This document shows positions 13,701 to 26,339 of a DNA stretch of 64,000 bases, in pieces. The stretch's first letter is position 1. The number at the start of each line of letters is the position of its first letter. Source of the stretch: Macrostomum lignano (taxonomy: Eukaryota); assembly GCA_002269645.1 (NCBI GenBank), contig NIVC01000906.1, positions 124,001 to 188,000 on the forward strand. The letters run 5' to 3'. The translations under genes were made by a program, and so were the position numbers. The notes beneath the pieces were generated by a model that was not told where the DNA came from, did no database searches, and worked only from the letters and a program-made list of their open reading frames with translations.

Positions 13701-16700
13701 ACACAGAGACAGTTAGAGAAGGAATCAGCCGGTTTGATGAAGATTATAGCGGCTCTCAAGTCCTCTCTGTGTTTGAGTGAAAATGCTGAGCTAGGCCAAA
13801 CTCAGCTCATTCTGAATTCATGATAGACTCAGGTGCTGGGATACACAGAGACAGTTAGAGAAGGAATCAGCCGGTTTGATGAAGATTATAGCGGCTCTCA
13901 AGTCCTCTCTGTGTTTGAGTGAAAATGCTGAGCTAGGCCAAACTCAGCTCATTCTGAATTCATGATAGACTCAGGTGCTGGGATACACAGAGACAGTTAG
14001 AGAAGGAATCAGCCGGTTTGATGAAGATTATAGCGGCTCTCAAGTCCTCTCTGTGTTTGAGTGAAAATGCTGAGCTAGGCCAAACTCAGCTCATTCTGAA
14101 TTCATGATAGACTCAGGTGCTGGGATACACAGAGACAGTTAGAGAAGGAATCAGCCGGTTTGATGAAGATTATAGCGGCTCTCAAGTCCTCTCTGTGTTT
14201 GAGTGAAAATGCTGAGCTAGGCCAAACTCAGCTCATTCTGAATTCATGATAGACTCAGGTGCTGGGATACACAGAGACAGTTAGAGAAGGAATCAGCCGG
14301 TTTGATGAAGATTATAGCGGCTCTCAAGTCCTCTCTGTGTTTGAGTGAAAATGCTGAGCTAGGCCAAACTCAGCTCATTCTGAATTCATGATAGACTCAG
14401 GTGCTGGGATACACAGAGACAGTTAGAGAAGGAATCAGCCGGTTTGATGAAGATTATAGCGGCTCTCAAGTCCTCTCTGTGTTTGAGTGAAAATGCTGAG
14501 CTAGGCCAAACTCAGCTCATTCTGAATTCATGATAGACTCAGGTGCTGGGATACACAGAGACAGTTAGAGAAGGAATCAGCCGGTTTGATGAAGATTATA
14601 GCGGCTCTCAAGTCCTCTCTGTGTTTGAGTGAAAATGCTGAGCTAGGCCAAACTCAGCTCATTCTGAATTCATGATAGACTCAGGTGCTGGGATACACAG
14701 AGACAGTTAGAGAAGGAATCAGCCGGTTTGATGAAGATTATAGCGGCTCTCAAGTCCTCTCTGTGTTTGAGTGAAAATGCTGAGCTAGGCCAAACTCAGC
14801 TCATTCTGAATTCATGATAGACTCAGGTGCTGGGATACACAGAGACAGTTAGAGAAGGAATCAGCCGGTTTGATGAAGATTATAGCGGCTCTCAAGTCCT
14901 CTCTGTGTTTGAGTGAAAATGCTGAGCTAGGCCAAACTCAGCTCATTCTGAATTCATGATAGACTCAGGTGCTGGACACACAGAGACAGTTAGAGAAGGA
15001 ATCAGCCGGTTTGATGAAGATTATAGCGGCTCTCAAGTCCTCTGTGTTTGAGTGAAAATGCTGAGCTAGGCCAAACTCAGCTCATTCTGAATTCTCATAG
15101 ACTCATACACAGAGACAGTTAGAGAAGGAATCAGCCGGTTTGATGAAGATTATAGCGGCTCTCAAGTCCTCTGTGTTTGAGTGAAAATGCTGAGCTAGGC
15201 CAAACTCAGCTCATTCTGAATTCATGATAGACTCAGGTGCTGGGATACACAGAGACAGTTAGAGAAGGAATCAGCCGGTTTGATGAAGATTATAGCGGCT
15301 CTCAAGTCCTCTCTGTGTTTGAGTGAAAATGCTGAGCTAGGCCAAACTCAGCTCATTCTGAATTCATGATAGACTCAGGTGCTGGGATACACAGAGACAG
15401 TTAGAGAAGGAATCAGCCGGTTTGATGAAGATTATAGCGGCTCTCAAGTCCTCTCTGTGTTTGAGTGAAAATGCTGAGCTAGGCCAAACTCAGCTCATTC
15501 TGAATTCATGATAGACTCAGGTGCTGGGATACACAGAGACAGTTAGAGAAGGAATCAGCCGGTTTGATGAAGATTATAGCGGCTCTCAAGTCCTCTCTGT
15601 GTTTGAGTGAAAATGCTGAGCTAGGCCAAACTCAGCTCATTCTGAATTCATGATAGACTCAGGTGCTGGGATACACAGAGACAGTTAGAGAAGGAATCAG
15701 CCGGTTTGATGAAGATTATAGCGGCTCTCAAGTCCTCTCTGTGTTTGAGTGAAAATGCTGAGCTAGGCCAAACTCAGCTCATTCTGAATTCATGATAGAC
15801 TCAGGTGCTGGGATACACAGAGACAGTTAGAGAAGGAATCAGCCGGTTTGATGAAGATTATAGCGGCTCTCAAGTCCTCTCTGTGTTTGAGTGAAAATGC
15901 TGAGCTAGGCCAAACTCAGCTCATTCTGAATTCATGATAGACTCAGGTGCTGGGATACACAGAGACAGTTAGAGAAGGAATCAGCCGGTTTGATGAAGAT
16001 TATAGCGGCTCTCAAGTCCTCTCTGTGTTTGAGTGAAAATGCTGAGCTAGGCCAAACTCAGCTCATTCTGAATTCATGATAGACTCAGGTGCTGGGACAC
16101 ACAGAGACAGTTAGAGAAGGAATCAGCCGGTTTGATGAAGATTATAGCGGCTCTCAAGTCCTCTCTGTGTTTGAGTGAAAATGCTGAGCTAGGCCAAACT
16201 CAGCTCATTCTGAATTCATGATAGACTCAGGTGCTGGGACACACAGAGACAGTTAGAGAAGGAATCAGCCGGTTTGATGAAGATTATAGCGGCTCTCAAG
16301 TCCTCTGTGTTTGAGTGAAAATGCTGAGCTAGGCCAAACTCAGCTCATTCTGAATTCATGATAGACTCAGGTGCTGGGATACACAGAGACAGTTAGAGAA
16401 GGAATCAGCCGGTTTGATGAAGATTATAGCGGCTCTCAAGTCCTCTCTGTGTTTGAGTGAAAATGCTGAGCTAGGCCAAACTCAGCTCATTCTGAATTCA
16501 TGATAGACTCAGGTGCTGGGATACACAGAGACAGTTAGAGAAGGAATCAGCCGGTTTGATGAAGATTATAGCGGCTCTCAAGTCCTCTCTGTGTTTGAGT
16601 GAAAATGCTGAGCTAGGCCAAACTCAGCTCATTCTGAATTCATGATAGACTCAGGTGCTGGGATACACAGAGACAGTTAGAGAAGGAATCAGCCGGTTTG

Positions 16701-18410
16701 ATGAAGATTATAGCGGCTCTCAAGTCCTCTCTGTGTTTGAGTGAAAATGCTGAGCTAGGCCAAACTCAGCTCATTCTGAATTCATGATAGACTCAGGTGC
16801 TGGGATACACAGAGACAGTTAGAGAAGGAATCAGCCGGTTTGATGAAGATTATAGCGGCTCTCAAGTCCTCTCTGTGTTTGAGTGAAAATGCTGAGCTAG
16901 GCCAAACTCAGCTCATTCTGAATTCATGATAGACTCAGGTGCTGGGATACACAGAGACAGTTAGAGAAGGAATCAGCCGGTTTGATGAAGATTATAGCGG
17001 CTCTCAAGTCCTCTCTGTGTTTGAGTGAAAATGCTGAGCTAGGCCAAACTCAGCTCATTCTGAATTCATGATAGACTCAGGTGCTGGGATACACAGAGAC
17101 AGTTAGAGAAGGAATCAGCCGGTTTGATGAAGATTATAGCGGCTCTCAAGTCCTCTCTGTGTTTGAGTGAAAATGCTGAGCTAGGCCAAACTCAGCTCAT
17201 TCTGAATTCATGATAGACTCAGGTGCTGGGATACACAGAGACAGTTAGAGAAGGAATCAGCCGGTTTGATGAAGATTATAGCGGCTCTCAAGTCCTCTCT
17301 GTGTTTGAGTGAAAATGCTGAGCTAGGCCAAACTCAGCTCATTCTGAATTCATGATAGACTCAGGTGCTGGGATACACAGAGACAGTTAGAGAAGGAATC
17401 AGCCGGTTTGATGAAGATTATAGCGGCTCTCAAGTCCTCTCTGTGTTTGAGTGAAAATGCTGAGCTAGGCCAAACTCAGCTCATTCTGAATTCATGATAG
17501 ACTCAGGTGCTGGGATACACAGAGACAGTTAGAGAAGGAATCAGCCGGTTTGATGAAGATTATAGCGGCTCTCAAGTCCTCTCTGTGTTTGAGTGAAAAT
17601 GCTGAGCTAGGCCAAACTCAGCTCATTCTGAATTCATGATAGACTCAGGTGCTGGGATACACAGAGACAGTTAGAGAAGGAATCAGCCGGTTTGATGAAG
17701 ATTATAGCGGCTCTCAAGTCCTCTCTGTGTTTGAGTGAAAATGCTGAGCTAGGCCAAACTCAGCTCATTCTGAATTCATGATAGACTCAGGTGCTGGGAT
17801 ACACAGAGACAGTTAGAGAAGGAATCAGCCGGTTTGATGAAGATTATAGCGGCTCTCAAGTCCTCTCTGTGTTTGAGTGAAAATGCTGAGCTAGGCCAAA
17901 CTCAGCTCATTCTGAATTCATGATAGACTCAGGTGCTGGGATACACAGAGACAGTTAGAGAAGGAATCAGCCGGTTTGATGAAGATTATAGCGGCTCTCA
18001 AGTCCTCTCTGTGTTTGAGTGAAAATGCTGAGCTAGGCCAAACTCAGCTCATTCTGAATTCATGATAGACTCAGGTGCTGGGATACACAGAGACAGTTAG
18101 AGAAGGAATCAGCCGGTTTGATGAAGATTATAGCGGCTCTCAAGTCCTCTCTGTGTTTGAGTGAAAATGCTGAGCTAGGCCAAACTCAGCTCATTCTGAA
18201 TTCATGATAGACTCAGGTGCTGGGATACACAGAGACAGTTAGAGAAGGAATCAGCCGGTTTGATGAAGATTATAGCGGCTCTCAAGTCCTCTCTGTGTTT
18301 GAGTGAAAATGCTGAGCTAGGCCAAACTCAGCTCATTCTGAATTCATGATAGACTCAGGTGCTGGGATACACAGAGACAGTTAGAGAAGGAATCAGCCGG
18401 TTTGATGAAG
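10798..18410. repeat. 142-bp satellite, ~53.5 near-identical head-to-tail copies
   Basis: Period 142 (10799 to 10941). The only variants seen lie at about 14970-15170 and 16090-16310. Confidence 0.98.
10894..10975 (+). ncRNA. Candidate box C/D snoRNA-like unit (first of ~53 copies), possible guide for the 28S Am site equivalent to yeast 25S A2946
   Basis: TTGATGA (10894-10900) ... CTGA (10972-10975), 82 nt overall. The segment AAACTCAGCTCAT (10958-10970) can pair with the recalled rRNA sequence GUGAGCUGGGUUU, placing the A at +5 from box D. The terminal stem is weak and there is no clear C'/D' pair. Confidence 0.35.
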
Positions 18411-19169
18411 AGACTAGCTAGCTATAGCTTTTATATACTCAAAGGTGCTTTTGGGTCCAATCTAATCACTTTGACCTTAGCTTATCTAAAATCTTACCTA
18501 AGAGGGCCCCACAAAAAGTAGGCAAACTTTTACGCAAACAAAAAGTATGAAATCTTTCAGTCCTTTTACGAATTGATGAGTGGCCGAAGCTGCCTTGGGC
18601 AATTCCATCTTCACACCCGTGCCAAAACATAGACAACGTGTGCGAATTGAGCCGATTTTCGAGTTACTTTTTACTCGTAGGTGCGAAAAATTGGGTGACA
18701 GACGGTTTGCGATAAGGGCTGTGTCTATTAATTCATTTTTACTGGGAACCGAATTTAAATTCGCACATTTTAAGTCCGTAGGATTAGGCTCAAATTCTAA
18801 GCACGATTTTTCGCACCCAATAGTCAAGTATTGGTCTATTGTCTAGAATCCCAGACCCTGGGCCTTTTCTGAGGCAATAGGCGGCATGATCCACCTATCC
18901 TTATCTCTGACTATCGACTGTTTTGGAAAATTCGGTTTGTTTTCGCACTTCGTGGTGAGCCTGGAACCAATTCGCGCACATTTTAGACATGATGGGCCTA
19001 ACGAAGCGCCAGAAGCATTATGTCATAACTTCACGCCCTTTCCACGAAGTAAATAAATGATATGGCCTAAATAGCGACCGCAATGAAGCGAGAGAGATAA
19101 ATCCATGCTTTGCATGCAGCATCCCGTTCATACTCCTGTTGCTCAATTTTGATATTTATTTTTAGAAGG

Positions 19170-20385
19170 AGCAGATGGAAAGAAAAAAGCAGATGGAGAG
19201 GAAGAGGCGGATGCAGAGGAAGGGCGGATGCAGAGGAAGGGGCAGATGCAGAGGAAGGGATGGATGAAGAGGAAGGGATGGAATCAGAGGAAGGGCAGAT
19301 GCAGAGGAAGGGCGGATGCAGAGGAAGGGCGGATGCAGAGGAAGGGCGGGTGTAGAGGAAGGGGCAGATGCAGAGGAAGGGCGGATGCAGAGGAAGGGGC
19401 GGATGCAGAGGAAGGGCGGATGCAGAGGAAGGGCGGGTGTAGAGGAAGGGGCAGATGCAGAGGAAGGGCGGATGCAGAGGAAGGGGCGGATGCAGAGGAA
19501 GGGCGGATGCAGAGGAAGGGGCGGATGCAGAGGAAGGGATGGATGAAGAGGAAGGGATGGAATCAGAGGAAGGGATGGAATCAGAGGAAGGGCGGATGCA
19601 GAGGAAGGGGCGGATGCAGAGGAAGGGATGGAATCAGAGGAAGGGATGGAATCAGAGGAAGGGCGGATGCAGAGGAAGGGGCGGATGCAGAGGAAGGGGC
19701 GGATGCAGAGGAAGGGGCGGATGCAGAGGAAGGGCGGATGCAGAGGAAGGGCGGATGCAGAGGAAGGGCGGGTGTAGAGGAAGGGGCAGATGCAGAGGAA
19801 GGGCGGATGCAGAGGAAGGGGCGGATGCAGAGGAAGGGCGGATGCAGAGGAAGGGCGGGTGTAGAGGAAGGGGCAGATGCAGAGGAAGGGATGCATGCAG
19901 AGGAAGGGCGGATGCAGAGGAAGGGCGGATGCAGAGGAAGGGGCAGATGCAGAGGAAGGGATGCATGCAGAGGAAGGGCGGATGCAGAGGAAGGGATGGA
20001 ATCAGAGGAAGGGCAGATGCAGAGGAAGGGCGGGTGTAGAGGAAGGGGCGGATGCAGAGGAAGGGGCGGATGCAGAGGAAGGGCGGATGCAGAGGAAGGG
20101 CGGATGCAGAGGAAGGGCGGATGCAGAGGAAGGGCGGGTGTAGAGGAAGGGGCGGATGCAGAGGAAGGGATGCATGCAGAGGAAGGGCGGATGCAGAGGA
20201 AGGGATGCATGCAGAGGAAGGGCAGATGCAGAGGAAGGGATGGAATCAGAGGAAGGGCAGATGCAGAGGAAGGGCGGGTGTAGAGGAAGGGGCGGATGCA
20301 GAGGAAGGGCAGATGCAGAGGAAGGGCGGATGCAGAGGAAGGGCAGATGCAGAGGAAGGGCGGATGCAGAGGAAGGGGCGGATGG
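19170..20385. repeat. 17/18-bp purine-rich minisatellite (gcggatgcagaggaaggg)
   Basis: Mixed 17- and 18-bp periods shift frame constantly, which produces the many short ORFs in the track. Confidence 0.95.
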
Positions 20386-20929
20386 AAAAGGAGTGGATAG
20401 GGAGAAAGGATCCGCTGGCTTATTCTAGTCCCAGTGTCAGCAGATTTAAGCATAAAAAATCCTTTGGCTGATCCAGAATTTGGGATTCCAACTGTAAATA
20501 AAAAAGCGCTACATATAGATGTGGCCAGAGTGAGAGATGGATAATTCCCATCTAAAGTTCTTGCATCCAGATTTCAAAAACTGAACGACGAGGAGAAAAT
20601 TTGGCCTACGCAGACATGACCAGTTTTCCTCGTGCTGTCATTGGTTAGCCGAATTCCTTGCGCAGTCATGAGGATTGGCTGTTTCTGTTTGCTTTCCTGC
20701 GGCACCAATCAACTTTCCAACGTCCATTCATGCGTTTAAAATATTTGAATCAGGTTAAAAATCAATTGGCCCTAGCTACGTTAGACATTTGATTTTCAAG
20801 GCTCATCAATATCAACTGACATCTGCAACATCGTTTCGAGATCGGACATCCGGATTACTGCTGCCTTCGCGAAACGCTTAAAAATTTTGCTTCTAATTAT
20901 TGACTTTGTATTCATAGTCTACGTTAACG

Positions 20930-23900
20930 GCCTCTCTATCTCTCCATCAGCCGCCCGTCTACTCTCTATCAGCCGCCCGTCTCCTCTCTATCAGCCGCCC
21001 GTCTCCTCTCTATCAGCCGCCCGTCTCCTCTCTATCAGCCGCTTGTCTATCTCCTCTCTATAAGCTGCCTGTCTCCTCTCTATCAGCCGCCCGTCTCCTC
21101 TCTATCAGCCGCCCGTCTCCTCTCTATCAGCCGCTTGTCTATCTCCTCTCTATAAGCTGCCTGTCTGTCTCCTCTCTATCAGCCGCCCGTCTCCTCTCTA
21201 TCAGCCGCCCGTCTCCTCTCTATCAGCCGCCCGTCTCCTCTCTATCAGCCGCTTGTCTATCTCCTCTCTATCAGCGGCCTGTCTGTCTCCTCTCTATCAG
21301 CTTTCTGTCTCCTCTCTATCAGCCGCCCGTCTCCTCTCTATCAGCCGCTTGTCTATCTCCTCTCTATCAGCGGCTTGTCTCCTCTCTATCAGCCGCCTGC
21401 CTGTCTCCTCTTTATCAGCTTTCTGTCTATCTCCACTCTATCAGCCGCCCGTCTCCCCTCTATCAGCCACCCGTCTCCTCTCTATCAGCCGCCCGTCTCC
21501 TCTCTATCAGCCGCCCGTCTCCTCTCTATCACCGCCCGTCTCCTCTCTATCAGCCGCCTGCCTGTCTCCTCTCTATCAGCTGCCTGTCTATCTCCTCTCT
21601 ATCAGCTGCCTGTCTATCTCCTCTCTATCAGCTGCCTGTCTATCTCCTCTCTATCAGCTGCCTGTCTGTCTCCTCTCTATCAGCTGCCTGTCTATCTCCT
21701 CTCTATCAGCTGCCTGTCTATCTCCTCTCTATCAGCTGCCTGTCTATCTCCTCTCTATCAGCTGCCTGTCTATCTCCTCTCCATCAACCATGCCTGTCTG
21801 TCTCCTCTCTATCAGCGGCCTGTCTGTCTCCTCTCCATCAACCATGCCTGTCTATCTCCTCTCTATCAGCTGCCTGTCTATCTCCTCTCTATCAGCTGCC
21901 TGTCTATCTCCTCTCTATTAGCTGCCTGTCTGTCTCCTCTCTATCAGCGGCCTGTCTATCTCCTCTCTATCAGCTGCCTGTCTATCTCCTCTCTATCAGC
22001 TGCCTGTCTATCTCCTCTCCATCAACCATGCCTGTCTGTCTCCTCTCTATCAGCGGCCTGCCTGTCTCCTCTCCATCAACCATGCCTGTCTATCTCCTCT
22101 CTATCAGCGGCCTGTCTCCTCTCTATCAGCCGCCCGTCTCCTCTCTATCAGCCGCTTGTCTATCTCCTCTCTATCAGCCGCCTGTCTGTCTCCTCTCTAT
22201 CAGCCGCCTGTCTGTCTCCTCTCTATCAGCCGCCCGTCTCCTCTCTATCAGCCGCTTGTCTATCTCCTCTCTATCAGCGGCCTGTCTGTCTCCTCTCTAT
22301 CAGCCGCCTGTCTATCTCCTCTCTATCAGCGGCCTGTCTATCTCCTCTCTATCAGCGGCCTGTCTGTCTCCTCTCTATCAGCTGCCTGTCTGTCTCCTCT
22401 CTATCAGCGGCCTGTCTATCTCCTCTCTATCAGCGGCTTGTCTCTTCTCTATCAGCCGCCTGCCTGTCTCCTCTTTATCAGCTTTCTGTCTATCTCCATT
22501 CTATCAGCCGCCCGTCTCCTCTCTATCAGCCACCCGTCTCCTCTCTATCAGCCGCCCGTCTCCTCTCTATCAGCCACCCGTCTCCTCTCTATCAGCCGCC
22601 CGTCTCCTCTCTATCAGCCGCTTGTCTATCTCCTTTCTATCAGCTGCCTGTCTATCTCCTCTCTATCAGCTGCCTGTCTGTCTCCTCTCTATCAGCGGCC
22701 TGTCTATCTCCTCTCTATCAGCTGCCTGTCTGTCTCCTCTCTATCAGCGGCCTGTCTATCTCCTCTCTATCAGCGGCCTGTCTGTCTCCTCTCTATCAGC
22801 GGCCTGTCTGTCTCCTCTCTATCAGCGGCCTGCCTGTCTCCTCTCTATCAGCGGCCTGTCTATCTCCTCTCTATCAGCCGCCTTTCTGTCTCGTCTCTAT
22901 CAGTCGCCTGTCTGTCTCCTCTCTATCAGCCGCCTTTCTGTCTCGTCTCTATCAGTCGCCTGTCTGTCTCCTCTCTATCAGCGGCCTGTCTGTCTCCTCT
23001 CTATCAGCGGCCTGTCTGTCTCCTCTCTATCAGCGGCCTGTCTGTCTCCTCTCTATCAGCGGCCTGTCTCCTCTCTATCAGCCGCCCGTCTCCTCTCTAT
23101 CAGCCGCTTGTCTATCTCCTCTCTATCAGCGGCTTGTCTCCTCTCTATCAGCCGCCTGCCTGTCTCCTCTTTATCAGCTTTCTGTCTATCTCCACTCTAT
23201 CAGCCGCCCGTCTCCCCTCTATCAGCCACCCGTCTCCTCTCTATCAGCCGCCCGTCTCCTCTCTATCAGCCGCCCGTCTCCTCTCTATCACCCGCCCGTC
23301 TCCTCTCTATCAGCCGCCTGCCTGTCTCCTCTCTATCAGCTGCCTGTCTATCTCCTCTCTATCAGCTGCCTGTCTGTCTCCTCTCTATCAGCGGCCTGTC
23401 TATCTCCTCTCTATCAGCTGCCTGTCTATCTCCTCTCTATCAGCTGCCTGTCTATCTCCTCTCCATCAACCATGCCTGTCTGTCTCCTCTCTATCAGCGG
23501 CCTGTCTGTCTCCTCTCCATCAACCATGCCTGTCTGTCTCCTCTCTATCAGCGGCCTGTCTGTCTCCTCTCCATCAACCATGCCTGTCTGTCTCCTCTCT
23601 ATCAGCTGCCTGTCTGTCTCCTCTCTATCAGCGGCCTGTCTATCTCCTCTCTATCAGCGGCCTGTCTGTCTCCTCTCTATCAGCGGCCTGTCTGTCTCCT
23701 CTCTATCAGCGGCCTGTCTGTCTCCTCTCTATCAGCGGCCTGTCTATCTCCTCTCTATCAGCCGCCTTTCTGTCTCGTCTCTATCAGTCGCCTGTCTGTC
23801 TCCTCTCTATCAGCCGCCTTTCTGTCTCGTCTCTATCAGTCGCCTGTCTGTCTCCTCTCTATCAGCGGCCTGTCTGTCTCCTCTCTATCAGCGGCCTGTC

Positions 23901-24300
23901 TGTCTCCTCTCTATCAGCGGCCTGTCTGTCTCCTCTCTATCAGCGGCCTGTCTGTCTCCTCTCTATCAGCGGCCTGTCTGTCTCCTCTCTATCAGCCGCC
24001 TTTCTGTCTCGTCTCTATCAGTCGCCTGTCTGTCTCCTCTCTATCAGCCGCCTTTCTGTCTCGTCTCTATCAGTCGCCTGTCTGTCTCCTCTCTATCAGC
24101 GGCCTGTCTGTCTCCTCTCTATCAGCGGCCTGTCTATCTCCTGTCTATCAGCCGCCTTTCTGTCTCGTCTCTATCAGTCGCCTGCCTTTCTCCTCTTTAT
24201 CAGCTTTCTTATCTCTATCAGCTCTATCTCTATCTCTATCAGCCGCCCATCTATGTCTTTATCAACGGCCTGCCTATATATTCTCTATCAGCCACCTGTC
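20930..24300. repeat. Composite 22/26-bp minisatellite (core ctcctctctatcagc) with higher-order duplications
   Basis: The core alternates with cgcccgt / ggcctgtctgt / tgcctgtctat linkers. A diagnostic variant block (ctttatcagctttctgtctatctcca) recurs at about 21410, 22470 and 23170. Confidence 0.95.
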
Positions 24301-26339
24301 TGTCGACTTCATGCTGTTTATTATCAGATGGCTATCTGCATGTACGTATACATGTATAATTTTTACTTTATATATACGAGCGTAGATAAGTAGATTTTGA
24401 ATATTTATTGCGAGCTTTTTCTTTCTTGTCTTTGCAAAAAATCTACATGTATACAAGGCTGGGGTAAACAGATGAAGCCAATGAGCGGCGGTCCACCTTG
24501 TTGCAGTGATTGCAGTCTGAGAACGAGGTGATGGTTTTCTGGAAAATTTTAAGAATCCACAGCATTTTTTCTTCACATCTTGCATGCGACTACTTGAAGT
24601 AAAAATTTACGAGTATGATGAGAAAAAATAAAATATAAAATTACAAGAACTTGTTTGCAAAAAAATCGTTTTTTTACAATTTTTTACTTTTACTTTATTC
24701 TTCTTCCTTAAGTTTTGAAAAATATTAACTATATGATAAAAAAGGTTAAAAGTATACTAGAGGTACTTTTTTCTTTCAAAAACAAGGTAATAATGCCAAA
24801 ATAAATGCTTATGTTGAAAGCTGAAACATTAGTAGGTCCTTCAGAAGAACTCCGAAATGGGCAAAGTATCAGCTCTGCTTTAAAGAACTTGTGTTTTTTA
24901 AAAATTCTTTAATGCTTTTCCGATTTGACTGTCTAAAATAAGTAGAAAAATATGGCTTTTTATCAATTTAGCATGAAAGAGTTTAAAGAAATGGCAAAAA
25001 GGTAAAAATTCACGATTTTTCTATTCAATGGGGGGTACTCTATTCAAATGCAGATAAACAATATTTTTCTACATTTATCTAAGCGAAAGTTATACTTTTT
25101 AGAAAGAGTATGAATTAATCTTTACAATGATATATATTTTAGAAAAAACGAACGAGAAATAAAAAAGTTATTAGTGTTCAAACACAAAAACCGAACGTCA
25201 GATACCCTGTTCGGTTTGAAGATACCCTAGAATCATCGTTCGGTTTTGAGATAAAATCATCAATAACTTTTTTTCTACTTGTGCAATAAAGTAAAGCGAA
25301 CATTCATTTGAAAGAAAAAAATGTTTTAAACAACTTCGGAGTAGTTTCATTTTATTACACATTAAACTTTTTTTGCTATCTATGAGAGAATGTCGAAAAA
25401 TGACACTTTCATGTTCGGTTGATGAGATCTTACCCTAGTCATTCTAATTCTAATCTAAGCAAAGCCAACAACAGATAAGCAAATATATTTAAAATAAGGC
25501 CAAACCCTTTTAATGACAAAAAAGTTTGAACAAAGTACTTGATATTTTGGCAAGCAAAGTTTGCTTGCCAAATTCAGTATTCAATAGTTTACTTAGAAGA
25601 TTTGTAAAACAGTGAAAACAAATATATGGTTTTGAATAGATTCATTTCAAGGTTCTCTATTCCGATAAGCTGCCATGGGGATAAGCTGGAAATTATCAAC
25701 ACAGATCCGTGTGAATAAAATTGGAATTATCGGCATGGGACTGTGGGGATAAGCACTGGCATAACTATTACCATATTGGCTGATTCAGATTCAGATTGGC
25801 ATACAAATTGGCATAGAGTTAAATTTTGGCATAGTCTCCATGTGTGTAGAATCTAGGCACATACACTACAATGCCAAATAACTTTTGCATTGAATATATA
25901 GGCCCTACAGGCTACAGCTTAAGACATTGACAGACTTGTTTAAAGTAATTTATTGCATTTTCACATTAAATAAACCAAAAAAGATAACACTTACCTGCAC
26001 TAGCGTGACAAAAATATTTTATAAAGTTTTTTAGAAATTACTTTACGCTGATCTAGTCGACCGCGCCGTTACCGTCGTTTATTTTATTTGAAGTAATAGT
26101 AGCCACCATAATAATAACAGTTTTTAGTTCACTTAACGCGACCAGGAAAAAATTGTTTCGATTCAATAAACTAAAAATTCCAGAGTATTTCAAACGAATT
26201 ACTAACAGCAAATAAATATTTTTTTCAAATTTTGTGCAAAAGCAATGTTAAACTGCTTGCTTAATCTAAAAAATTTGAGTATAGTAAACTGTTTTTAAAT
26301 TAAAACTTTAAGTCCTTTAAATTTTGTTGTATTTTAGAC

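Larger units (their letters stand above)
5555..25435. mobile_element. Putative 19.9-kb non-autonomous TIR DNA element carrying satellite arrays
   Basis: GGGTAAGATCTCATCAACCGAACA (5555-5578) and its exact reverse complement (25412-25435), both flanked by TA (or CTAG if the termini are GG/CC). Subterminal ACCGAAC/GTTCGGT repeats lie at 5590-6040 and 25190-25250. No second TIR partner was found near either end, and no transposase inside. Confidence 0.6.

Noticed and set aside
10798-18410. CRISPR array, 5S, SL RNA or H/ACA repeat
   Set aside because: There are no unique spacers and the context is eukaryotic. No 5S or Sm-site motif was recognised, and no ANANNA hinge lies between the hairpins.
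19110-24393. Numerous long ORFs on both strands
   Set aside because: They are low-complexity minisatellite translations in several overlapping frames.
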